From: a virus
Lineage: Duplodnaviria > Caudoviricetes
DNA: 64,000 nt
Virus record (IMG/VR): IMGVR_UViG_3300032236_001631
Location: 10,800 to 74,799 of that record
Direction: 5' to 3' (one strand)
In this document: positions 31,817 through 40,829 of the stretch, piece by piece
Position numbering within the stretch: position 1 is the first letter of the stretch
How the letters are laid out: every line of letters starts with the position of its first letter
Made by a program: the position numbers and the translations under genes
The notes under the pieces: model-generated
Database searches by the model: none
What the model saw: only the letters and a program-made list of their open reading frames with translations
Told to the model about the DNA's origin: nothing

Positions 31817-32491
31817 ATGTCCAATAATACCTATAGCCTTTTAGTAGAAGAACCAACATATGAAGTAAAGTATCTCATTGAAGAAAAAAATCGTAATACT
31901 CCTTCAATTCTTCACATCCAAGGTCCATTCCTTATGGCTAATGAAGCCAATAAAAATAAGAGAGTATATCCTCTTGAAGAAATGGTCAAAGAAGTTGGTC
32001 GTTATCAAACAGAAATGATTGACACCAAAAGAGCTACTGGTGAACTCAATCACCCACAGTCTCCTGAAATTAATTTAGAAAGAGTTTGTCATGTTGTTAC
32101 AGAATTAAAGCAGAATGGAAATATCTTTGAAGGTAAGTCTAAGGTTCTCTCAACACCAATGGGACAAATTGTTCGTTCATTAATCATGGATGGTGTTAAG
32201 CTTGGTGTATCAAGTCGTGCTCTTGGTAGACTTGAAGAAGATGGTAAAGGAGTTAATCGTGTTGCTGATTTTAGATTAGTAGCAGTTGATGTTGTTGCTG
32301 ATCCTTCAGTACCTTCCGCATTCGTAAATGGTATCTTAGAATCAAAACAATGGATCTTAAATGAGAATGGTGAGTTTGCTCAATCATATGACAAATTTGA
32401 GAAGTCTATTGCAAGTCTTCCTAAGAATAATGTTGATGTTTATCTGAAGGAACAGATCATTACATTCATCAATGCATTAAAAACTCTTTAA
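31817..32491 (+). CDS. gp21: prohead core protease (T4 gp21-like)
   Basis: NKNKRVYP, GELNHP, STPMGQIV, GVSSRALG, DVVADPS. Confidence 0.96.
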   Translation: MSNNTYSLLVEEPTYEVKYLIEEKNRNTPSILHIQGPFLMANEANKNKRVYPLEEMVKEVGRYQTEMIDTKRATGELNHPQSPEINLERVCHVVTELKQNGNIFEGKSKVLSTPMGQIVRSLIMDGVKLGVSSRALGRLEEDGKGVNRVADFRLVAVDVVADPSVPSAFVNGILESKQWILNENGEFAQSYDKFEKSIASLPKNNVDVYLKEQIITFINALKTL

Positions 32492-32524
32492 TTGTAAACA
32501 ATCAAAGGTAAATAATATAACAAT

Positions 32525-32773
32525 ATGAATATTCGTAATTTAATCTCAAAGCTTATAGCACAAGTATGTGAAAAGAACTTTGCTGCTGCAAACAAAACAC
32601 TTGATGAAGTTGTAACCGAAAAGGTAAAGACACGCATCAAGAAAACTTCTGAGAAACTTTCACCAAAACAAAAAGCCATAGCTAAAGCTGCACCTCCTCG
32701 TGATAAAATCACAGGAGCAGATTTCAAGGCTTTAAAAAAGTCTTCAAAAAAGGTAACTAAGAAGAATAAGTAA
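32525..32773 (+). CDS. small basic head/prohead core protein
   Basis: Between protease and scaffold; TAAATA upstream; DKITGADFKALKK. Confidence 0.6.
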   Translation: MNIRNLISKLIAQVCEKNFAAANKTLDEVVTEKVKTRIKKTSEKLSPKQKAIAKAAPPRDKITGADFKALKKSSKKVTKKNK

Positions 32774-32784
32774 TATTATAATTT

Positions 32785-33675
32785 ATGGATATCTCATCTA
32801 TCATCAAAAATATTGATACCAATGTCCTCAACGAGGAAGTTGCAACAGCAATCGCTGAAGCTTTTGAAAGTGCAGTAAATGAGAAGGTTGATTCTCGTAT
32901 TACTCTCGAAGTTGAAAGTGCTCTTAGCAAGCAAGATGAAGATCATGCTGTTAAGCTTGAGAGTCTCTTAGGTGCAATTGATGCAGACCACTCCACAAAA
33001 CTCAACAAGGTTGTTGAGGCAATCAATGAGAATCATGCAGGTAAGTTAGAGAATCTTGCATCTTTTTATCGTAAGGCTCTTAACGAGAAGGCTGAAGCTT
33101 TCAGTTCCAAGATCGTTGATGAACTTAGTAATTTTATGGATGCCTATATCGAAAAGGCTATCCCCCAAGCACAGTTAGAGGAAGCAGTTGCTAATACAAC
33201 CGCTCGTCAGCAGCTTGAACAGATTAAGAGTGTAATCTCTTTTGATCCATCTTCACTTAATGAAGATGTGAAGAATTTGATCTCCCAAGGAAAGGGCAAG
33301 ATCGAAGAGCTTCAGAATCAGCTTAATGAATCCTATAAGGAGAACATTGAGTTGCATGAGAAGCTGAAGGAAGTTAATGCTTCCCTCATCTTAGAAAAGA
33401 AGACATTAGGAATGCCTTCATCTAAGAAGAGTTATATTTCCAAATTGTTGAGCGACAAGTCCTCTGAGTATATCGAAGAGAACTTCAAGTATGTCGTTGA
33501 GATGTTCGAAAGAGAAGAAAGCGAATCATCAGCTAAATTAGTCGAAGAGGCTAAGACCAAGGCAGTATCAAAGGATGCCAAGGTTCCAAAGACTGAAGTA
33601 ATCGCAGAATCCTCTGCTGGTGAAGTCAACACACCAGTTAACGGATATCTTAGTGCTTTAAAAGACATACGATAA
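32785..33675 (+). CDS. gp22: prohead scaffolding protein (T4 gp22-like)
   Basis: Acidic coiled coil, FESAV motif, YLSAL C-terminus, immediately before the capsid gene. Confidence 0.88.
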   Translation: MDISSIIKNIDTNVLNEEVATAIAEAFESAVNEKVDSRITLEVESALSKQDEDHAVKLESLLGAIDADHSTKLNKVVEAINENHAGKLENLASFYRKALNEKAEAFSSKIVDELSNFMDAYIEKAIPQAQLEEAVANTTARQQLEQIKSVISFDPSSLNEDVKNLISQGKGKIEELQNQLNESYKENIELHEKLKEVNASLILEKKTLGMPSSKKSYISKLLSDKSSEYIEENFKYVVEMFEREESESSAKLVEEAKTKAVSKDAKVPKTEVIAESSAGEVNTPVNGYLSALKDIR

Positions 33676-33745
33676 AAGATTTATAGGTTGGAGAAGGCAA
33701 TAACGCACTTCCCGAACGCTATATCCATAAAGGAGAAATAACAAT

Positions 33746-35191
33746 ATGGCTAATGTAAAACCCGCACCCGGTTTCATCGACAAATCCCGTGCGAATCAAC
33801 TCCTCGAAAAGTGGGCCCCAGTTCTGAACTACAGTTCAGACAAGGTTCGTCCTATCGAAGATGAACACTCAAGAGTTACCACAGCAATGCTGATGGAAAA
33901 CCAAGAGCGTTGGTGCTTAGAGGAAGGCGGTAACTACGCTGGAAATGGTGGAGCTTTTGGCTCTGGCAGTTCCATCGGTGGTATCTACAATCCTCCCGGC
34001 ACAATTGGTTCAAATGACGGATATGCTTCAGGTGATGCACGTTTACCAAAGGTATTAATACCTATGATCAGACGTACATTCCCAGAGCTTATCACAAACG
34101 AGATTGTTGGTGTTCAACCAATGAGTGGTCCAGTAGGTCTTGCTTTCGCCCTGCGTTACCGTTATGAGAACAATAGTCTTGGAGCAAATGGTCTTGACGG
34201 TTACGCCACAGGCGCAACCACAACAAGCAACAATGGTACACCCAGAGTTGCCGGACCAAATGAGCTAGGCTATCAGTATCTCGACACTCGCTTCACAGGA
34301 ACAAGCTCAACATTCTTATCAGGTAACAACGACTTCTCAGTCCAAAGTACCGATCAGGGCGTTGCTGCTATCCTTAGCCAGTTCGAGTTATCTGGAAACA
34401 TTCCACAGGTTACTGTCGAATTCAGCAAGACAGCAGTTGAAGCTGGCACACGCCGCCTCGCTGCTCGTTGGTCAGTTGAACTCGAACAGGATCTTAAGAA
34501 CATGAATGGTCTCGATATCGACTCTGAATTAACAAATGCTATGTCATATGAAATTCAGGCTGAAATCGACCGTGAAATGGTCATCAGAATGATCCAGATT
34601 GCTCTCAATGCAGGTAATCCAAACGGATACACATTCTGGTACGCTCAGTCAGCCGACGCACGTTGGTTGGGTGAGAGAAACAGAGACTTCTACAGCAAGG
34701 TAATTGTCGAGGCTAACCGCATCGCAATCCGTAACCGCCGTGGTGCAGCTAACTTCATCGTTGCTACACCTCGTGTTTGCGCTATCCTTGAGATGCTCCC
34801 TGAGTTCCAGTGGATGCCAGTAAATGGCAACGTCAACACACAACCAACAGGCATCGCCAAAGTTGGTACATTGGGTGGACGTTTCACCGTTTACCGCGAC
34901 ACTCGTACAGATGCTCAGTATCTAGCAGGTCAGAGAACAAACCCATTGGAGTACGCTCTGCTCGGTTATAAAGGCACAGAGTACTACGATACAGGTATCG
35001 TATACTGCCCTTACATTCCTGTCATGATTCAGCGTACAGTCGGAACTAACGACTTCAGCCCACGAGTTGGACTGATGACACGTTACGGAGTCGTAGATTA
35101 TATCTTCGGCGCATCCCTCTACTACCATGTAATCATCGTCAAGGGACTAGGGGAAGCCTTTGCTCAACAGCAGACTTCACTCTATCTGTAA
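33746..35191 (+). CDS. gp23: major capsid protein (T4 gp23-like)
   Basis: EKWAPVL, VGVQPMSGPVGLAFALRY, RRLAARWSVELEQDLK, AEIDRE, YCPYIP, TRYG; SD AAGGAG. Confidence 0.98.
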   Translation: MANVKPAPGFIDKSRANQLLEKWAPVLNYSSDKVRPIEDEHSRVTTAMLMENQERWCLEEGGNYAGNGGAFGSGSSIGGIYNPPGTIGSNDGYASGDARLPKVLIPMIRRTFPELITNEIVGVQPMSGPVGLAFALRYRYENNSLGANGLDGYATGATTTSNNGTPRVAGPNELGYQYLDTRFTGTSSTFLSGNNDFSVQSTDQGVAAILSQFELSGNIPQVTVEFSKTAVEAGTRRLAARWSVELEQDLKNMNGLDIDSELTNAMSYEIQAEIDREMVIRMIQIALNAGNPNGYTFWYAQSADARWLGERNRDFYSKVIVEANRIAIRNRRGAANFIVATPRVCAILEMLPEFQWMPVNGNVNTQPTGIAKVGTLGGRFTVYRDTRTDAQYLAGQRTNPLEYALLGYKGTEYYDTGIVYCPYIPVMIQRTVGTNDFSPRVGLMTRYGVVDYIFGASLYYHVIIVKGLGEAFAQQQTSLYL

Positions 35192-35212
35192 GTTCTTACA
35201 GACCTCAAAGCT

Positions 35213-35249
35213 TTGCTCATCCTCGAAAGGGGATGAGCAATTCTTTTTT
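35213..35249 (+). terminator. rho-independent terminator after the capsid gene
   Basis: TTGCTCATCCTC-GAAA-GGGGATGAGCAA followed by TTCTTTTTT. Confidence 0.9.
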
Positions 35250-35250
35250 A

Positions 35251-35278
35251 TAGACATATCACCATTTTGTAATAAAAT
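35251..35278 (+). promoter_or_regulatory. sigma70-like promoter TAGACA-N16-TAAAAT, 6 nt before ATG 35285
   Basis: Read from sequence. Confidence 0.7.
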
Positions 35279-35284
35279 ATCCTA

Positions 35285-35833
35285 ATGGAAAATACCATAG
35301 TATGGTTAACTGGTCTCTCTGGAGCAGGTAAAACCACTTTAGCCTATAAATTAAAAGATATGATGGCATTGTATGATCAATGCATGTTTATGGATATTGA
35401 TCCTACTCCTGTAACCGTTATTGATGGTGATGAACTCAGGAAAGAAAGACCTAAACTTGGATTTTCTAGAGAAGATAGAGAATCTAACATTTTCCATGCT
35501 GTTTATAGGGCATTTATCCATCTTAGTTATAATGGTGGACTTGCTATAGTTTCTTTGATCTCTCCATATAAAGAATCAAGAGAAAGTGTCAAAAAAATGT
35601 TTAAAAATTATACCAATGCTAGATTCATCGAAGTCTATGTTAATACGCCTTTAGATGTCTGTGAGGCTCGTGACCCAAAAGGGCTTTATAAACGAGCTAG
35701 AGAGGGCAAATTGAGCGATTTTACAGGTATAGACTCTCCTTATGAGGCTCCTGAGAATCCAGATATTATAATCACTCCTGATATACCACTTTTGGATTCT
35801 GTAAAGCTCCTCCATAAGGCTGTTCGTGAATAA
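35285..35833 (+). CDS. cysC: adenylyl-sulfate (APS) kinase
   Basis: WLTGLSGAGKTT, DGDELR, LGFSREDR, ISPY, CEARDPKGLY, FTGIDSPYEAPENP. Confidence 0.96.
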   Translation: MENTIVWLTGLSGAGKTTLAYKLKDMMALYDQCMFMDIDPTPVTVIDGDELRKERPKLGFSREDRESNIFHAVYRAFIHLSYNGGLAIVSLISPYKESRESVKKMFKNYTNARFIEVYVNTPLDVCEARDPKGLYKRAREGKLSDFTGIDSPYEAPENPDIIITPDIPLLDSVKLLHKAVRE

Positions 35834-35836
35834 TTC

Positions 35837-35864
35837 TTTACAAATACTTGAAATATAGTATAAT
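35837..35864 (+). promoter_or_regulatory. sigma70-like promoter TTTACA-N16-TATAAT, 6 nt before ATG 35871
   Basis: Read from sequence. Confidence 0.7.
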
Positions 35865-35870
35865 TTTGTG

Positions 35871-36401
35871 ATGAGATATGCCTTAACAGGTTCACACGGA
35901 GTCGGAAAGACTTCAATAATAAATGGTTTGGAAGATTTTCTGATAGAAAAGCGTATCACTGCTATTACCAATAGCTCAAGGGCTAGGAATATTAAGGCAT
36001 CAGGCTTGAATATCAATGATAAAGCAGATGATATCACAGAACTCCTTATTGCTTCCAATCATATCAGTCACTTTAGTAATGATAATTGGTTTGCAGACAG
36101 GTCAATCATTGATACCTATGCTTATGCAGAGATAAGCTATAAGAGGGGGAATATCTCTGCAAAGACCTTTAATACCATATCACATCTTGCTGTTAACTTT
36201 GTCAGTCTCTATGATATTATCTTCTATATTCCTATAGAATTTGATATGGTAAGTGATGGTATTCGTAAAGATGATGAGTCTTATAGAAAAGAAGTTGATA
36301 AAGAAATCATCAACTTCCTAGAATATCACAAGAAATTTGAAGTCTTGAGTGGTTCTGTTGAGAACCGTGTTGCAAAAGCACAGAAGATTATGAGTCTTTA
36401 G
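35871..36401 (+). CDS. P-loop kinase/ATPase (NadR/Ttd14 AAA_28-like)
   Basis: TGSHGVGKTS, DRSIIDTYAY, YDIIFYIP..DGIR. Confidence 0.85.
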   Translation: MRYALTGSHGVGKTSIINGLEDFLIEKRITAITNSSRARNIKASGLNINDKADDITELLIASNHISHFSNDNWFADRSIIDTYAYAEISYKRGNISAKTFNTISHLAVNFVSLYDIIFYIPIEFDMVSDGIRKDDESYRKEVDKEIINFLEYHKKFEVLSGSVENRVAKAQKIMSL

Positions 36402-36873
36402 AGAACTCGCCTTCTATTAATTCTATTTTTTCTTTCTTACCACTAGGTCTATCGAACAATTTATTCATAACCTCATCTCTTGTAGCAATCATAATATTAT
36501 TTGTTTGAGTACCAATTGGAAGAGCCTTTGTACCACTTGCTTCGACTTTTGCCACTTCCAAATTATTCTTATGCTGCTTGGTTTGAAGATTAATCTTATT
36601 AAGGTTATCAATAGCCTTAGTGACTGCACCAATCATTTGAGCCAATGCAGCTATCTCCTTTGGATCTTGACCAGCAGTAACCATATCCTTTAGATTATTA
36701 ACAGCTTCCAATCCAACTTCAATTACCTCGGCAGTTTTTTTATAGACATAATCACTAACATTGTCATCATTAAGATTTTCTACCTCTGTTTTTTCTGTTG
36801 GCTTAGGTTGAGAAGGAACCGCATCTCCACGCAATTGATCTATAATTGCATCTATTTCATTTGAAGAATCCAT
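36388..36873 (-). CDS. gp16: terminase small subunit (T4 gp16-like)
   Basis: Helical protein, DPKEIAALAQMI, QTNNIMIATRDEVM (cf. gp16 NN.FVGST.EL); TAAATA upstream. Confidence 0.6.
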   Translation of the reverse strand: MDSSNEIDAIIDQLRGDAVPSQPKPTEKTEVENLNDDNVSDYVYKKTAEVIEVGLEAVNNLKDMVTAGQDPKEIAALAQMIGAVTKAIDNLNKINLQTKQHKNNLEVAKVEASGTKALPIGTQTNNIMIATRDEVMNKLFDRPSGKKEKIELIEGEFSKDS

Positions 36874-36896
36874 ATTTTAATACTGTAACTATTTAG

Positions 36897-36924
36897 TTGA
36901 TAATTATCGAATTTCTACTATAAT
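36897..36924 (+). promoter_or_regulatory. sigma70-like promoter TTGATA-N16-TATAAT
   Basis: Upstream of the clamp loader gene. Confidence 0.65.
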
Positions 36925-36940
36925 ACTCTTATAAACACAG

Positions 36941-37882
36941 ATGAGTAACCATTATAATAACCTTTGGTGTGAAAAATATCGTCCTAAAACGCTTGATGAT
37001 ATCCTTTTAGATAGTGATCTCAAGGATCATTTCAAGACAATCAAGGAAGATATCCCTAATCTTCTTTTCTATGGATCTCCGGGTACTGGTAAAAGCACTC
37101 TGGCTAAGATTATCATCAATGATATTCTAAAGTGCCAGTATCTATATATCAATGCCTCTGATGAGAATGGTATTGATACTATCCGAAATAAGGTCATTTC
37201 ATTTGCTCAGACTCGTTCTCTTGATAGTAAAAAGAAAGTGGTTATCCTAGAGGAAGCCGATGGTCTTACTGGAGAATCACTTAGAATCCTTCGTAATGTC
37301 ATGGAGGAGTATATAGATACTACACGCTTTATATTAACTGCAAACTATATCAATAAGATCATTGAACCAATCAGATCTCGTTGTATGTTATTCAAGCTAC
37401 ATAATGATATAGAGGATTGTGTTGCTCGTTGTGCAGAGATCATTAAAAAAGAGAACATCAAGATTAGTGATGAATCTAAGAAGAAGTTTATAGAATTTGT
37501 AACAGATCGTTATCCTGATCTTAGAAGGATTATCAATGATCTACAAAGATTCTGTGTAACAGGTGAACTCATCATTCCAGATGGTGATGAACTCTTGGAT
37601 CTTACAGGTTATATCATCAAGGGAATAGCTATTAGTAAGATATCCTCTCTAGACATTAGAAAGAAGGTTATAGAGTCAGAGAAGAGCTTTGGTAATGATT
37701 ATCAACAGCTTCTTAAGAACCTATTTGATTATGTCTATAGCTCAGATGAACTTTCAGACAAGGTTAAGAAGACCTTCTTAATTGATATCGGAGAGCATCT
37801 TTATAGAGACAATTTCGTGTTAGATCACGAAATTAACTTCTTTTGCTGTATTTTAGCAATGGAAACTTCTACTTCTTCTTAG
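36941..37882 (+). CDS. gp44: sliding clamp loader ATPase subunit (T4 gp44-like)
   Basis: WCEKYRP, GSPGTGKS, INASDENGIDTIR, EEAD, SRC, PDLRR. Confidence 0.95.
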   Translation: MSNHYNNLWCEKYRPKTLDDILLDSDLKDHFKTIKEDIPNLLFYGSPGTGKSTLAKIIINDILKCQYLYINASDENGIDTIRNKVISFAQTRSLDSKKKVVILEEADGLTGESLRILRNVMEEYIDTTRFILTANYINKIIEPIRSRCMLFKLHNDIEDCVARCAEIIKKENIKISDESKKKFIEFVTDRYPDLRRIINDLQRFCVTGELIIPDGDELLDLTGYIIKGIAISKISSLDIRKKVIESEKSFGNDYQQLLKNLFDYVYSSDELSDKVKKTFLIDIGEHLYRDNFVLDHEINFFCCILAMETSTSS

Positions 37883-38483
37883 AAGATTTCTTACTCTTTT
37901 TAGGACCTGTGAAATACTTCTTAGCAATAGCAGGTGAAGCAGGAATTGAAGTTTGAGTAACAGGAAGCTTGTTGTCTGTGGGTTGATTGCCTAGTGCCTT
38001 AAACTCATCAGGATTAGCAGGAACTGGTTGTGACTGAACATAGTCCTGATAGTGCTCATACTTGTTAGGAACACCTTGTACAGGAGGAAGATTGATACCG
38101 AAATCAAGAACCTCTATAAGCTTGTAATCACCGGGAACGGTGAATTCATTATACTCTGTAGGTGATTGTAATGTACGAGGATCGGTCTTTAATGTAAGAA
38201 AAATATGATTAGAACCAGCAAGATCATTAGCATCCTTTGCATTGGCATTATTACTGTTTGCAGCAATATCATGAATGAAGAAGAATAGATTTGGATTTGA
38301 CTCTATTGAACCTCTGAGCCACTGATCAAAGGCTGAATCCTTCTGATAGTGTGACTTATAGAAATCGGAATTGAAAAACTCAGGACGGAGTTTTACAGGT
38401 GTATTGGTGCGGAAACCACCATTTGAATGGTGAGTGAATGCTTTTTCACAGAGAGTTTCAAATTTATTAAACTTTTTGCTCAT
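37869..38483 (-). CDS. hypothetical late protein
   Basis: Probable start MSKKFNKFE at 38483, downstream of palindromic TAAATATTTA. Confidence 0.7.
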   Translation of the reverse strand: MSKKFNKFETLCEKAFTHHSNGGFRTNTPVKLRPEFFNSDFYKSHYQKDSAFDQWLRGSIESNPNLFFFIHDIAANSNNANAKDANDLAGSNHIFLTLKTDPRTLQSPTEYNEFTVPGDYKLIEVLDFGINLPPVQGVPNKYEHYQDYVQSQPVPANPDEFKALGNQPTDNKLPVTQTSIPASPAIAKKYFTGPKKSKKSSKKK

Positions 38484-38502
38484 ATATTTTGGGTTTTTAT
38501 CA

Positions 38503-38512
38503 TAAATATTTA
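38503..38512. promoter_or_regulatory. palindromic bidirectional late promoter TAAATATTTA
   Basis: Perfect 10-bp palindrome in the 35-bp gap between divergent genes. Confidence 0.6.
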
Positions 38513-38518
38513 CCACAC

Positions 38519-39025
38519 ATGGCTACTATTTACATAGATAATCTTATAAAACCAAGAGAGGTTAATTCTCCTACTAATTATCCTGCCAAGGAGACAAAAC
38601 CAAATCAATTCGTTTATACAGATCTTCATTTAGATTTAACTATAGATAAGAACGTTGGAAATGGCTTAAGTCCAGTAAATAGCAATGATATTGTTGCTGA
38701 TTATGATTCTAATGCAATAAAGAATTCTTTATATAATATATTCACTACAAAAAAAGGACAGAAAATCCTTAATCCTAACTTTGGTGGTTCTTTAGACCAA
38801 TTTCTTTTTGAAGGTATAACCGATGTTAAAGCAAAATTACTTGGTAATAACATTTTAAACTCAGTAGGTCAATTTGAACCAAGAATAGAAGTACAAAATG
38901 TACAAGTAATGCCAATGCCAGATGAAAATCAATATTATGTAATATTTGTGTATAAAGTATTAAATATTGGTAAGGTTGATAAATTTGAAATAAACTTCCA
39001 AAGAGATAAAATTAATATTCTATGA
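38519..39025 (+). CDS. gp25: baseplate wedge subunit (T4 gp25-like)
   Basis: YTDLHLD, AIKNSLYNIFTTKKGQKILNPNFG, FEPRI; start 38519. Confidence 0.92.
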   Translation: MATIYIDNLIKPREVNSPTNYPAKETKPNQFVYTDLHLDLTIDKNVGNGLSPVNSNDIVADYDSNAIKNSLYNIFTTKKGQKILNPNFGGSLDQFLFEGITDVKAKLLGNNILNSVGQFEPRIEVQNVQVMPMPDENQYYVIFVYKVLNIGKVDKFEINFQRDKINIL

Positions 39026-40824
39026 GCGATTTAGTACCATTTAACAAAAATTCATATGTAGCCTTTGATGGTATTAGCATCAGAGATATCATAGTAAACC
39101 GTCTTAACCAAGGAAAGGTATTCACCGATCAAAATTATCAGGGATCTAATCTATCAGGTCTTATTGATATTATCAGTTATACCTTTACTACTCTTTTATA
39201 CTATTTAAACAAGACATCTTCTGAAAGTATGTTCTCCGAATCACAGATTTATGAGAACATGAATCGTATTGTAAAATTACTTAACTATAAACCAATAGGT
39301 CGCCTTGGTCAAAATGTACCTTTCAATCTTTCAGCAACTGCTGATCTTACCAAGGGAAATTATTTCATTCCTCGTTATAGTTATATCAATGTAGGAGGAA
39401 CTCAGTATTCAACCAATCAAGATATAGTATTTTCAAAATTAACCGATGATGCATCAAAAATTGATGATGTAAACAATAACTATCTCTTATATCAAGGAAC
39501 CTTCCAAGAATATCCTTTATATAGTGCTGCTGGTATTGATAATGAAGTTATTTACCTTGCATTAGGAGATAATGTACAAATAGACCATTTCAACATTTTT
39601 GTATATGTAAAGCCAAAAAATGCTAATTCTTGGCAGGAATGGTCAAATGTATCAGATCTTTTTCTATACACCGCAACCGATAATGTTTACACAACAAGAT
39701 TTAATGAAAATCTGAAATATGAAATTAGTTTTGGTAATGGAGTTAATGGAAGAAAACTTCAAGAAGGTGATCAGGTAGCAATTTATTATCTACAAATAGA
39801 TTCTAATGCCACAGGCATTTCATCTAATGCAATCAATAATTCAAAAATTATTCAATTTAATTCTGTTCAATACAATCAAATATTAACCGATACAAGTTTT
39901 AATTTTGATGAGAAATTAAGTAGTAATCAATTAGGATATATTTCATTATCTAATGATTATCCTTCAAATTCATATTCTGATTATGAAGGTGTTGATAACA
40001 TTAGATTAAATGCTCCTCAGAATTTTAGATCACAATATCGTCTTGTAACAACAAGAGATTATGAATCTTACATCAAGTCTAATTTCTTTAATATAATATG
40101 TGATACTAAGGTCATTAGTAATGATGATTATTTAACAGGACATATAAAGTATCTTTATAATATAGGACTAAATCAACCACAATTACAGAATCAAGTATTA
40201 TTTAATCAGATTAAATTTGCTAATAGTTGTAACTTTAATAATCTATATGTTTATGCAGTTCCTAATAATGAACTTCAGAATTTCTTATCTCCTCCACAAA
40301 AAGAATTGATATTAAATGGTCTTCAGGAATCAAAAACAATAACATCAAATATTGTTGTTTCTGATCCTGTTTATATGAACTTAGATTTTTATACAAAATC
40401 ACCTATAAGTAATCCTACAATCAATGATTTAAATATCAATAAACTTAGAATTATTAAATCAAAAAACACAAGAAGAGCTTCTTCGGCAATTATTGCTGAT
40501 ATCAAAACACTCTTCACAAATATGTTTAATCATAAAGTATCTAAGTTGGGACAAGTCATTGATCTATATCAATTGACCTCTGATATCCTCAACATTAATG
40601 GTGTTGAAAATGTAGAAACTTATAGATCGGATACAGATACTTCTGTAAATGGAATCTCAATACTTTTATGGAATGATTTATATCCAATTCAAGACACAGC
40701 TGTATATACACAGAATATTACATTAGGATATTTTCAATATCCAGTGTTTAATAATATAAATGATATTGCTTCAAGAATTGAAGTAATAGAACAAACTGGA
40801 TCTATCAAAGCTGTTGACTTATAA
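39022..40824 (+). CDS. gp6: baseplate wedge subunit (T4 gp6-like)
   Basis: FTDQNYQGSNLS.LIDI, LLNYKP, ISFGNGVNGRK, IRLNAP..QYRLVTTRDYE. Confidence 0.9.
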   Translation: MSDLVPFNKNSYVAFDGISIRDIIVNRLNQGKVFTDQNYQGSNLSGLIDIISYTFTTLLYYLNKTSSESMFSESQIYENMNRIVKLLNYKPIGRLGQNVPFNLSATADLTKGNYFIPRYSYINVGGTQYSTNQDIVFSKLTDDASKIDDVNNNYLLYQGTFQEYPLYSAAGIDNEVIYLALGDNVQIDHFNIFVYVKPKNANSWQEWSNVSDLFLYTATDNVYTTRFNENLKYEISFGNGVNGRKLQEGDQVAIYYLQIDSNATGISSNAINNSKIIQFNSVQYNQILTDTSFNFDEKLSSNQLGYISLSNDYPSNSYSDYEGVDNIRLNAPQNFRSQYRLVTTRDYESYIKSNFFNIICDTKVISNDDYLTGHIKYLYNIGLNQPQLQNQVLFNQIKFANSCNFNNLYVYAVPNNELQNFLSPPQKELILNGLQESKTITSNIVVSDPVYMNLDFYTKSPISNPTINDLNINKLRIIKSKNTRRASSAIIADIKTLFTNMFNHKVSKLGQVIDLYQLTSDILNINGVENVETYRSDTDTSVNGISILLWNDLYPIQDTAVYTQNITLGYFQYPVFNNINDIASRIEVIEQTGSIKAVDL

Positions 40825-40829
40825 TTCAA

